64,000 bases of DNA from Oikopleura dioica (lineage: Eukaryota; Animalia; Chordata), in NCBI GenBank assembly GCA_907165135.1, contig OU015566.1:11284001-11348000 (forward strand), given 5' to 3'. Position 1 is the first letter of the stretch, and each line of letters opens with the position of its first letter. Below are positions 24,247 through 38,800 of the stretch, in pieces. The position numbers and the translations under genes were made by a program. Under the pieces are notes generated by a model, which saw only the letters and a program-made list of their open reading frames with translations, did no database searches and had not been told where the DNA came from.

Positions 24247-27200
24247 TTAGAATAAAATACCGTCCGCGCCAAAGTCAGAATTAGAAATATCAGAAGAGCT
24301 CCTCAGCGCCTCCGAGAGTCTTGACGAGAAATCGTCGACATATGGCAGTGCTTTGGCAATTATAGGAGTATTCAGTTCCTGGACATAACCAAGAAGGTCG
24401 ATGAATTCAAGCCAATCCTTGATAATGACTTTTGCCATGGACTTGAGATTCTTCTCATCACAAGTGCGAATTTGAGACATTGAGTGGCAAACTATCGAAA
24501 GAACTTTCGTGGGTCATAAATTTGACGATCATTATCAGAGTTTAACTACAGTTATAGATGATCTGACCAGCCTGAAAAGATTTTGTTGACCAGCTGCAGA
24601 AAAGTTTGGTTTTCGTTTGGTCTTCTGCTTGAAACATCGGGACTCCCACTTTTCAACAAATCAAGCTAAAAGAAGAAAAATTCAAAGTGAAATAAAAGAC
24701 ACGTAAAAACTCACACCAGAAGTACTGATTTTCACGGTGTAAAGCTCGCATACCTTTTTGAAACCACGATCGAGCATATAAGTGAGCCCGAAGAGCTGCT
24801 GCTCTGGGTTATCTTCGAGCACCTCGCAGAGCTTTTCTTTCGCGCATCGGACAGCTGAATTGTTATTGTCGATGAATTGATGAAGCGTTGTTAACACTTG
24901 CCTAGCAGTTTGGCGAAAGGGCCATGATGGGTTTGCTTAGCTTGGGGATTTCCGCCAGCTTCTCTGCAACAGCTTACGAATTCAGTCAATGGATCGATAT
25001 AGTTGCTTTTGAAGGGGTGTATCAAGTTGTTTTCTTCTATCAAAAACTTCATGCAACCCTTTCCTGATGGCAGTCAAGAATTTTTGCTGACGAACCTTCT
25101 TCCTTGTTTTACAGCACGCGTACATGACTTTTTCAACAATTTTTTCTACAGTTGAATTGAGCAAGAGAACATCGCTTCCAAGCTTATTTGGATTGGATGT
25201 CGAGGAAGCTGCAAGCGAATTATGCTGACTCTCCAAGTCCTGTAATAAAGCTGAAGCATCTTGAAGATGCTCTCGCAGTGAGCCCCTTGGATATTTATCG
25301 AGTATAGGCTGACCACCATCGACGTTTACAAAGGCCTGTTGAAGCTTCTGAAAGTTACCGTAAATCAGGTCCTACCTTTTGAAATTAGCGTTGTCGTCAC
25401 CTGAGTGATGGATGCGAAATTTGCAAGTGCCTTATTGCACTGAGCTTGACCAGGTGCATGGAAGAGAATTGTTTCCTGGCAACTCTGCAGAGCGGAAGAA
25501 AGGGATTCTTGTGCTGCTGATGAGGGTGCATCAATTGTGACGATGAGCTTATCAAGGATGAGAATCACACTTTGTCTTTTGAAGGGGTAAATTTATGGCA
25601 TTTTTTACTTGCGGACTTGAAACTCTTACTCTAAGAAATAACGCCCATTTCCTAAAGTCTTGAATAGCCAAATTTGTAGCATCTTTCTGCAGGTGTGAAC
25701 AAAGAGCAGCACTTCCTAAGTGTAATCCAAGTTGGATTAGGATCTTGTCAACAGAATAAGTTTGAGCATTTAGTACCATATCGATTTCGAGCTTATCCCA
25801 TATTTGTGTGGTCTACCTAGATAACTTGTGTCTTTGTTCACACTGCTCCTGTAAAGCGAGAGTATTCGTATGCGAATTCGGGACCGGTTGTAAGATCTTC
25901 AATCGAGCTGATGAGACGCATCATTGCTCCAGCTCGGCGGTGGAGTGGTGTTCGTTTTTCTGGATCACCATTCCACTCTTTCAGATCCTGAAATGTAAAT
26001 TTTCGTCATTCTGATCATCTAAAACCCGCTTGTTCTGGCCACGTGTCCCAAATTGACGCACATCGGCAAATTAACTCCCGTAGCTCAGAGGTCAGAATAC
26101 CGGAACAAGATGTCAAATTCCCATGGATAATACAAATTCTAAGGAGTTCTGCTCACCTTTGCCATATCATTTGCCAAGCTAGATATGTCTTCACCGGCCG
26201 AAAGTAAATATTCGCGCATGTGCTTGTTACTCCAGGAGCTGAGACGTGTGCATGTGGAGCACAACTCGTTCGATAGCTTTTGTAGTCGGAATACTTCTGT
26301 GATGAGAGTGTGCGCGCTCACTGAATTGAACATATTTATCAACATTTGATTTTTAGGGACCTTGTGTTTTGACGATATTTCTAAGCGCCAATCTGATAGA
26401 ATTTATCTTCAGCTTGAAAGGTCTGTAATCAATCTCGCACTTCTTTCCAAAAGTATTTTTACTATCTGCGGTCACAATAAGCCACATGAGCGTATGTTCG
26501 GACTCGATCAGATCAAAAGCTTTCATCACCAGTTTGTTCGCGTTTTCTTCCGAAAAAGTTTCTTTCGCCAGATTATAGAGATCATCACAGATCTTTTTGA
26601 TTTCCGAAGCTGCTTCGTAGTAAGTTTGACTCGATACGACGTCGCAGTTGTATTTTGAAACGCCTTTGAGTCGGACGATTCGGTGAATTGTTGATGTTCT
26701 CAGAGCTTTTTCTTTGTCGAGTATTTCTTTCAGAAGTTCTTCTTGAGCATCGTGGAAGTTTTTCACTTGTCGTAAAAGCCGATCTTGATAATTAACGCAG
26801 AGAGTACTTTCGCTTAATTTCCGTAAGCAAAGAATTATTTCAGATCCTTCAATCGCCATCGCTTTCCACTGTTTTGATGCTTTCTCTGGAATCAAAGATG
26901 ATACTTTTGTCATGCTCTCCGCAAAGGATAGCGCTGAGGCGGCATATTCAATAACGTCGGTACTTGAAGAACCGAAGATATCTGACAGTAGCTCATGAGA
27001 TTTTAGGAGGGAGGCGAGTAATTCTTGTTTGTCGACTGAGTTGGAGCCAGTTTCTTTCGAAGCAACGACCATTTCCTTCAACGCAGAGTCAAAAGATGCG
27101 AAGTGCGGAAGAGTAAGGACGATAGAATCACAGAGCTTCGAAATTACTGGATGCTGGGATGGAATTTCATTCCATTTTTTCTCCTCGTAAAGATGACAGA

Positions 27201-28443
27201 CCTTCAGAAAGCATCGAATTAGCTCGTGACATTTGCCAACGAAGCTCGTATTAAGAGTCATATTGTAAATGTAGACGATTGTGTTCTCCATCTTTTCGAG
27301 GATGAGTTTCATGTCTACAGAAGGGGATTCGCAAGCTGCTTCGTCGCCAGAATGAATAGATCTAGGAACAAAATAAACGAAAAGATGACGATCTACAGCC
27401 CGCAGAAATGACCACTCGATGACGCCGTGTCATAGTTACAAGATGGTGATAACGTACCCGACCCACGAGTTGACGACCACGAGTAAATACGAGAGCGCGA
27501 AATGAAAGTTGGCTAGTTGCGTCATGTCCTCGTTTCTATCCCTCTTTTCAGGAGCTGAAACCTCGAATTTCCCAACTTGTTCGAAGTAAATGAAGCGTTC
27601 GTTGATCATTTTTATCGTTTTCCATAGAATGTCGAGTTTTGTTGGGTGGCAGAGTCGTTTGGACAGGTTCCAGTCTTGCACGAGATCTGTCAAAACAGCT
27701 GCTAAAGTAGCTGCTGGCTCAGCAACGCTCTTGTCGATATTGTAGAAAAACTCGGCGTTTGTGTGATGCTTTTCCAGCGATGCTTTGCGCTCTTTTTCCT
27801 TCTCGACCTCACGCAGAGCTCGTTTTTTCTTTGATTGCAGTCGATCAATGTGCAACTTGTCAATCAAATCCTGACGTTTCCTCTTACTTTCCTCATGTTC
27901 GTTCAGAATTGCAAAATTGTCTAGAAGCTTTGTGCAGTTCTTGATGAAAATTCCAGATTCTATAATCAAATCTTGCTGGGAAGCCGTACAATTTGGAGTT
28001 TCGACGAGTGTTCTGGTCGTTTTCACCAGCTTGGGAAATAATTGTGATAGTTGACCACCAATTTTCTATTTGAGGTTTATATCATGTTGCTAACGAAACC
28101 AAAGGTTTATTAAAAATTTAAGACTTTGGAAACCTTCCTTCCCTTCTTTCCATAAACAGCCCTCATCTTTATCAAAGTCTCGTTCGTGAACTGCAATATA
28201 AATCGACATTGCCTGTGACACGAGTTTTGCCTGAGCCGTTGTCTTCTGTACAGAGTCCGTGAATCGTAAGACAACCTTTCTCTTCACAGATGTAATAAAG
28301 CTCTGATCCAGAAATTGCACTCTAGTGGGAATTCTTCTTCTCCTCTTTGATTTCTCGTCATCGGGTGGTTTTTCGTTTGTGAAAAACCGGTGCGCTGGAA
28401 GAAAGCTAGCGCAATCAAGTTCAGTTGTTGTTGATTTAAACAT
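24247..28443 (-). CDS. Divergent talin-rod-like helical-bundle protein (~1,100 aa, roughly rod domains R4-R10), no FERM head and no C-terminal I/LWEQ domain seen
   Basis: Collinear matches to talin as recalled: QLFPKLVKTTRTLVETPNCTASQQDLIIESGIF ~ QIPLLVQGVRGSQAQPDSPSAQLALIAASQSF; FHAPGQAQCNKAL ~ KAPGQLECETAI; LAASSTSNPNKLGSDV...ACCKT ~ LANAARAEASQLGHKV...AASKT; CCREAGGNPQAKQTH ~ AKEAGGNPKQAAHT. Confidence 0.7.
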
Positions 28444-28752
28444 TTTGAATGAAAATTTAAAAGCGATAAAATTGAAGAGAAATCGAAAATTTCTGAAAAT
28501 AAAAGAATGAGTGAGGGCGCTCCTACGGCTTATCGCTTTTGATCTAACTGCACTTGAGTTTGATTTATAAGGGGTCAGTCAGATGAGGTTAATTCAACTT
28601 TCAGTATTGAAATTAAATTTTGATGGAATTTAAAACTTTGTTTTGACAATATTTGCAGCATATGCGAATCTTCCGGAAGACACACCCTAACGGTGTTAGT
28701 CAGACACATCGTGCGATTATCAGAATGCTGAGAAATTGCCTGCTGCTTTCGG

Positions 28753-28841
28753 TATAAAATAGAAAGTAACAGGAAACAAAATTACTCTATCGAAAAGGTA
28801 AAAAGTCGATTCATAATTCAGAGATCTAACTTTCTATCTAG
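28753..28841 (+). promoter_or_regulatory. TATA box and 5'-UTR intron of cathepsin L
   Basis: TATAAAA at 28753-28759; AG|GTAAAA donor at 28798; TCTAG acceptor directly before ATG 28842. Confidence 0.5.
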
Positions 28842-29863
28842 ATGAAGTTGTTCGCTACCCTCGCCGTCACCGCCTCTGCCCTCTCCCTCGACCACGAGAA
28901 CTTCCAGGAGTTCAAGGAATGGCAGGCTACCGTTGGCAAGGCCTACCAATCTGAAGGCCATGAGATGCGAGGCTTCCAGAACTGGCTCGTCTCTCGACAG
29001 TTCGTCATCGAGCACAACATCCGAGCCTTCACCGGCCAGGAGACCTTCACCGTCGAGATGAACAAGTGGGCCGATCTCTCTGACGAGGAATGGGTTGAGT
29101 ACAACCGACTTCGAAACGGCGCCAAGGCTAGCTCTGACTGCACGCCTATGCCATCCAATGCCACCCAGGCCAACCCCGACTCCGTTGACTGGCGAACCCA
29201 GGGATACGTCACCGACATCAAGGACCAGGGACAGTGCGGCTCCTGCTGGGCTTTCTCCACCACCGGCTCCACTGAAGGTGCTCACTTCAAGAAGACCGGA
29301 GACCTCGTCGCTCTTTCTGAGCAGCAGCTTGTCGACTGCTCCACCAAGGAGGGCGACCACGGTTGCAACGGTGGCCTTATGGACTTTGGCTTCACTTACA
29401 TCATTGAGAACGGCGGTATCACCACCGAAGAGGCTTACCCTTACCAGTAAGTCCAATAAACAAATGCAAAATAATCAAAATATTTAGCGCCCAGAACGGT
29501 GCCTGCAAATCTGGCATGACTGCTGCTGCCACTCTTTCCGAGTGCCACGATGTCCCCCAGGGCTCTGAGGCCGACCTCGAGACCGCTGTTGCCACCGTTG
29601 GCCCAGTCTCCGTCGCCATCGATGCTCACCTTCTCTCCTTCCGACTCTACAAGCAGGGTATCTACCACGACCGACTCTGCTCCTCCACTCGACTTGACCA
29701 CGGTGTCCTCGCCGTTGGATACAAGAACGCCGACTCTGGCAACTACTGGATCGTCAAGAACTCCTGGGGAACTAGCTGGGGTAACGAGGGTTACATCTGG
29801 ATGGCCAAGGACAAGAAGAACGGTTGCGGTATTGCCACTGCTGCTTCTTACCCTATCGCCTAA
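28842..29863 (+). CDS. CTSL: Cathepsin L (papain family C1A)
   Basis: Signal peptide; ERFNIN-like and MNKWADL prodomain; PDSVDWR; [11 protein letters not shown] (catalytic Cys); CNGGLM; [10 protein letters not shown] (His); WIVKNSWG (Asn); intron 29447-29487. Confidence 0.96.
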
Positions 29864-31253
29864 TTTGTTTGCCTATCTATATCTGTTCGTAGTAGTAAAT
29901 AAATATATTCAATAAAAACCAATTCTCGTTCGCTTGCTAAAGAAAACACCTGCGAAGGAAATAAACTTATTTCGACGAAGAATGTAACTTAAATATATTT
30001 TTATTGAATAATACTAACATTCGGCTCTGAGGCCGAAATTTTCAAATTGAACCGAACTTGTGAAAGAAGTCGGGAAGAATTCTAGGCATGCGTGGATTGA
30101 GTTGAGAGCAGTTTTTGTAGATTCTAAGTGAGTGTTGCGTTTCTAGCTGAAACTAAAACTGAAGTATGGCAGGGAATGGCCGGAATTGACTATTTTTAGA
30201 GCGAAGGTTTCCTCCCGATAGAAGCGGTGGTTTGATAAGAAAGTCAAAAAGTAAAGGTACCCTAAGAGACAGAAGGGCGAAGGTTCTTGTTGAAGAATCA
30301 AACATGGTTTTGAAAAAAAACAGAATCAGAGTGTGTCTTATAAATAAGAAAGAAGAGTGTAGCTGTTAGCCGTTTGTATATTTTCAAGAACAGATAGCGT
30401 TTACTTTACTACCGACTACACAACTATTGCGTATAGAACGAGTATCGCTAGAGTCAGCAAGGATGCTTTAAATGAATTGAAGGTATGTTCAGTAGGCGCG
30501 CTTGCTGACTCAGTGAGACTGAAAAAAGTAAAAAAGCAAGGTACAGTTAATCTGTAGCCTAAGTTACAGGATATGAAGCGATAGAAAGACAGAAGCATCA
30601 TTTTTTAGTTTTCGGGTGAGTTTCTCCTTATTTCGAAGCTGGTGAAGAGTCTATCCGTTCAGATTGAAGGCCTCAGGAAACTGAAAAAGAATGATTAGTC
30701 GCGTAATTAACATAATTTTTTGGACAAATCAACTGGTGAGCAATTATCGATAAAAGTCTAATTTCGAGCATTGTATTTGAATCAATTAGACAAGATCTCC
30801 AGTCGTATCAACGCTGGGCGTAATGAGATGATGGGAGTCAATTCTACTTTCGATGGAAAAATATATTTACAGAAGAGCCGCTCGCTCAGATTTTTTATTG
30901 ACTGCGTTCTCCTCATCTGAACCAGGGCATCAGTGTGTTCGAGAGCTAGGTCATAACTACTGCTCAACATCCCTAACCTACTTTTGTATGGGCTCAGTAT
31001 TACTGAGTCAGTAAAGCGGCATTTTTTGGTTCGTTCTAATTAGGCATATAAAAGCAGAATTTTTTCTCGTATGAGTATCAGAGTACAAATATGAAACAAA
31101 AGGGTTGATGTCTAGTAGATCATCATGTCTTCATCATGTCTACCATTCATTTTTAATGGAAAATCTCGAACATTCCTAACACCCACATTCGAAGCAGCCC
31201 TACTTGCTGCGTTACTAGCGCCGAGATCAATGTCTACATTTGAGATTTCCTGG

Positions 31254-33934
<2,681 letters not shown>

Positions 33935-34686
33935 TTTCGTTTATAAATGGTTTTAAAAAGGGTAATTGAAGGAAAACTGATTCGAAAGAGACAAAATGGA
34001 AAATTCGTAAATCAAGACTTTCTAGAGAAGATTCTCAGTGGCAAGAATCGGGTGATTAATAACTGTTATCGATAAAAATTAAAGCGTTTTATGATCATCT
34101 GTCGTGACTCATGAACTGTTCCTTGACCTCAACTTCCAGCTCTCCCATTTTGCCGATGTTTTGTTTCGTTGTTTATTCTAAATTTCTTTGGTTGGTTTCT
34201 CACAATTCCATCAATTTCCGCGTTGCGTTCCGCTAGAATTTCTTCCTTGCGCAAGTTCCTTTTTTCGGTCAAAATTCTCCGCTTTTTCTCTTTTGTTTTT
34301 GGAAATCGACGGCGGCCAAAAAAGGCGAAATCGTGGCGCGAATTTTTCGTAGGTGGATTTGTTTTTAATTCTCACTGACAAGTGCAAGTGTGGTCACTTT
34401 TATGCCAGGGAGAGCGGCGGTTTTCCTAAAATTGCCCTTCCCGTCAACGCGGCGCCCCGTCGCTGATTGGATGATCTCTACTGGAGAATCGATCAGGCCT
34501 TGGTCCCCCGAGAACGCATCAAGAACCAGATGGTTCTCTAGAATGCCTGCTATTCGGGTTCAAATTAAAGTAGTTGCTCTAGAAATGTTGAAAATGAATT
34601 TTTATATGATAGAATTTTGAAAAGAAAGCTTTTTTATTGTTGAATTTCAAATAAGTCGAAGGAAGATGATCATCGTCTTGATGAGC

Positions 34687-35021
34687 TCATCGTACTAAAA
34701 ATTATAGCCTTATCAAGCCTTTTTTGTTAAACTCACCTTGATTCTTCTGTTCTGATTGGAATATTTGTCGTCCTTTTATGTCCTTCTGTTTAGCAGTTGT
34801 AAGCCGGATTATAGGATCATTGAAATCGTCGTACGGGTCGTGCAAGTTTTCTTTCAACAAGATTCCTTCGGAGGTTTCTATGGAATGTTTTCGTCTTGTG
34901 CTTTCCGGCTTCTATAGAATAAATCTTTATGAACGACAAACTAATGAACAACCTCAGACATGGACGTTTTCTCTGTACTTGACGCGTTGCAGGAACGAAG
35001 ACAGTAAGAATGAGAGCTCAT
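34687..35021 (-). CDS. Possible small spliced protein (~83 aa), unknown
   Basis: ATG 35021; two short GT-AG introns join MSSHSYCLRSC...SE|KPESTRRK...EQKNQ|VR*. Confidence 0.25.
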
Positions 35022-35849
35022 TTTAAGCTTTAGAATCCCCGATTTGTGATTTTGCCAACAGAAACGCGAGTGAAACGAATTTTCGATACCATCTTTGGGT
35101 CTTCGTATTGGACCAAATGTAAATAAATTTAGTAGATTTGAATTCAGATTTTGAAACTATCATTCTCATACTGATTTTCATTTCAGGATGCATATACATT
35201 AGTCGACAAACATTAGCACAAGGTCTTCTTAGTCAAGATTGACCGAATTATTGAATGATCCTTTGAAGAAGTCTTTTCTTCGAAAGCGTTAAAATGGGAG
35301 AGAAGATGGTTGGGAAACAATAATGCCAGAAAAACTCGTCTAATCGGCGATACACCTATCTATTGCATGCATCGAGTGGGATTATCCAATCTAAATTGGC
35401 ATTTGGCAAATCGTCAGAGAAATCTGCGGACATATAAAGCTCTCACAATTCTTTCAGCAGCATTTGTCGTCGATTTTGAAAAATGAGAATTTGTATTTTT
35501 GCACTGTTTTTCAGCACAATCAGTGGCTTCAACCCGTTTAATTAGTAATCAAAATCTTGAATTCTTTTGACTGAAAAAGGTTTTTAGCTTTGACGAATAT
35601 GATTTTAACGAAGATAATTCTCAAGCCGATTTCAAAAAATTACTGAAGAAAGAAATTGGCGCTAACGCCGACGGTCTGAAGAGCAAGTTTTTCCATGGCT
35701 ACATAAACTCGATAAAGTCGAAGTAAAACTGTCTCAATAAAGTATTCATCTGTAAAATGTAATCAAGCGAAAGACATGAACAAATATTTATGTTTACGCA
35801 TTTCTGGGGGACGCTTGAAATCAAGGAAGAGTACAGCAATTATTTGATA

Positions 35850-38800
35850 ATGAAGTCGTTGTTTTTGCTTATTTTTCTTGTTTATGGGAACGAGGATACA
35901 CTAGTTTATAGAGAGTCTGATGGGAATTTCGTAGAGAAGGATGAGCTTGATGGGGATGATGTCCAGGGAGGGTTGAAGATAGATGAGAAAAATTTTGAAA
36001 ACTGAGATTTTTTTGAATTTTTTGATTGAAATGTTCTTGAAAATGTTATAAAACTAGATAAACGAAAGTAAAACTCCAAGTTTTAAAAATAAAACCACCT
36101 TTCGGCGTTGCTACTATAAACACACAATTATTTCGATAAGAAAAAAAATTCTCCGAAACTCGTTCTCAGCTGAATTCTAAACGTGGAATTCATCATGATT
36201 TTGGCGATCTTGTCGGTATCAAATATGACAAGGAACGAAATACTGTAATTGATGATTGGCGAGTTTGGAATACGACGATCATTCCAGTGGTTTTGTCCTC
36301 GACGCTGAATAAGAAAGCGTTTGTGGCGATGGAAGAGATGCGGATCGAGGTAAGAAGTGAAGAGAAAAGAAAACGAGAACGATTAAGTATGGTCTTGGAA
36401 CATGTATAGATTTCACTCCTTGGACAGGAGTGGAAAGGGATTACATCAAAGTCTACCCCATCAACGGCTGCTTCTCGCTAATCGGATACGCTCAGCAAGG
36501 CGGCCAAATTCTGTCCATCGACAAAGGCTGCGAAAGAACAACAACGATGAGTATGAGAATTTATTCGTCATTTCGTGATATATTTTTTCTTTGAAGTTCA
36601 CGAGTTTATGCATGGACTTGGAATCAATCACGAGCAGGAGCGGAATTTAACTTTTAAACTACGCGTTGGGCAAGGGTTCTTGAGAAAATGCGGATTAGAC
36701 GGAAAATATTTGGTACAAGATTTAGAGGTTTTCAGAACTGATGAATTTGCGGTTCTTGCGATTCAGTGATTTCAGCTTGCAGAAAAATGTCTCGGACCAT
36801 AAGCTAATTATCGATCTGAGAATAGAAATTTGAATTTTAGATAGAAAGAAGAATCCGATTCCCCAGGTGAATCCACGGCAAATTAGACTACATCCGTTTA
36901 TACCCGGATAAACTATTATTGAATTCCCAAAAAGACGCGTCCAGATCGAGATGATTATATCACCGTGAACTACGACGTTATCCAGCCTCCGGTACGTGGG
37001 TATAAAATTGCAATTTTATCGTAAATTCTTCAGTGCAATTTTCTCATCCTTACTTTCAGGCTACTCCTGGATCGCCCAGAATCCTGGATCGCCCAAATCC
37101 TGAATCGCCCGATTTCCTGGATCGCCCGGATCGGGGGATTCAGGATTCTGGGGGATCAGGGATTTTGGGGGATCAAGGATCGGGCGAATCAGGATTTTGA
37201 ATTATTCAAAGTTTCAGTTAAAAATTTCTGTTTCCTCTTCAAAAATAATACCGCCGTTTCATTTCGAGTGTGTGCACATGGGGGAGGGCGCTCGGGCGCA
37301 ATGCCGACGGGGAGATTCGCTTTCGGAGTTTTCGAACTCTCTCCTGGGGCGGAAAGTGGCTCCAGGATCGCGCGCTAATCCCTTCAAAGAAACCCCGAAC
37401 TAACATTTACCAGCATTCGCGGCGGGAGATCATGCCCCAGTTTTACTCCAAAAGATCGATATCATTTTTTTGGTACCATAAGAATGCTGGAATCACGCTG
37501 ATTAATATGATGGTATTTTTACTTTAAAAATATTCATAAAATAAGATTTTATGCTTGGGTTAAATCACGATCCGTGAAAGAGGGATTAACATTGCCGCCG
37601 GATGAAAAGGCTCGAGGTACGCGCTCGTCGCCTGGGAACTCGTGCAACGCCGACGCCGTCGATTTTCTGAGGTGACGCGGAAAGTTAAAAGAGGTGCAAG
37701 AAAAAAGAGTTCACTTTTTTTGTGACAGAAAAGGCTTGATTTTTGTTACAGAAATGAGAGTGCACACACTCAAAATTCAATTTTATTCATTAGTCCTAAT
37801 AATAATTCATTCAATCCTCCTTCATTATCAACTCAAAATTTATTTTCAAAATCTTCGTGTGAAAATCCTTGATCGCCCTGAATTCCTGGATCCCCCAGAA
37901 TCCTGAATCCCCCGATCCGGGCGATCCAGGAAATCGGGCGATTCAGGATTTGGGCGATCCAGGATTCTGGGCGATCCAGGAGTAGCCTTACTTTCAGCTT
38001 GGATTTAACTTTTGGCGTCTTGGATACAACCGCAATGCGAGGGGATTGTGAATCGTCATCAAGGTCGGAAGAGAAAACCACAAACCAATAATAGTATCCA
38101 ATTATGGGTTTTTGATTCCGGCTCATTATCCCCTCTGAAGACGTTCGCCAGGTTCCATACGACTTCTATTCCATAATGCACTACGACCAGTACAGGCAAG
38201 TTGAGCTCAACAAAGCAAGTGATGATCGCTTATTTAGCTTCGTCACGGGTAGTACTCCTTCTATAACCACAAAAGTCGAGTACTTCAACAAGATCATTGG
38301 CCAGCGCCGAGGATTCTCTGTTGGAGATCACCAAAAAATCAACCACTTGTATAAATGCCCCCGGCCGTTGAGAAATTCGGTAACTTCTGGATTCGACAAA
38401 TTCAGATTCTTCGATGGCTTCGCTTAGGGTTACCAACTTAGCAATAAATAACTGTTTGGTTAGCAAGAAAAGAGATCTGTGAACCCCTTTGAAAGCGCCA
38501 GAAGGAGATCATTTTGAGCAAGTTGAAGCGGATTTTCAAGTTCCAGGTTTGACAGAATTAATTTGAACTAAACGTTATCTCAGGGGGCGAATCTTATGTG
38601 ATGGAGATGAATGGGCCAAAACGAGGTGCTCTAATTTCACCAAGGTAATTTTGATAAAGAAAAAACAAGATACTGTCGACTCTTAAATATGTGTCAAAAG
38701 TAGAGCTTCATTATTCGCTCGAATTTTTAAAACAAATTTTCATTAGTAGTTTCACTCAGAGTCGTCTGAGTTATGCTAAGTTACTTGTTCTAAGCCTACA

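Noticed and set aside
24855-24901. Apparent frameshift in the talin-like gene (pseudogene?)
   Set aside because: Resolved by a 47-nt GCAAGT...TTCAG intron. The in-frame stops near 27430 are likewise compatible with a short intron.
28818-29915. Several long antisense and alternate-frame ORFs over cathepsin L
   Set aside because: Same codon-bias artefact; the sense frame has the full catalytic triad.
37059-38126. CRISPR-like regular repeats and ORF 37833-38126
   Set aside because: Repeats are contiguous TIR subunits without unique spacers, in eukaryotic intronic DNA; the ORF is partly repeat-derived and antisense to an exon.
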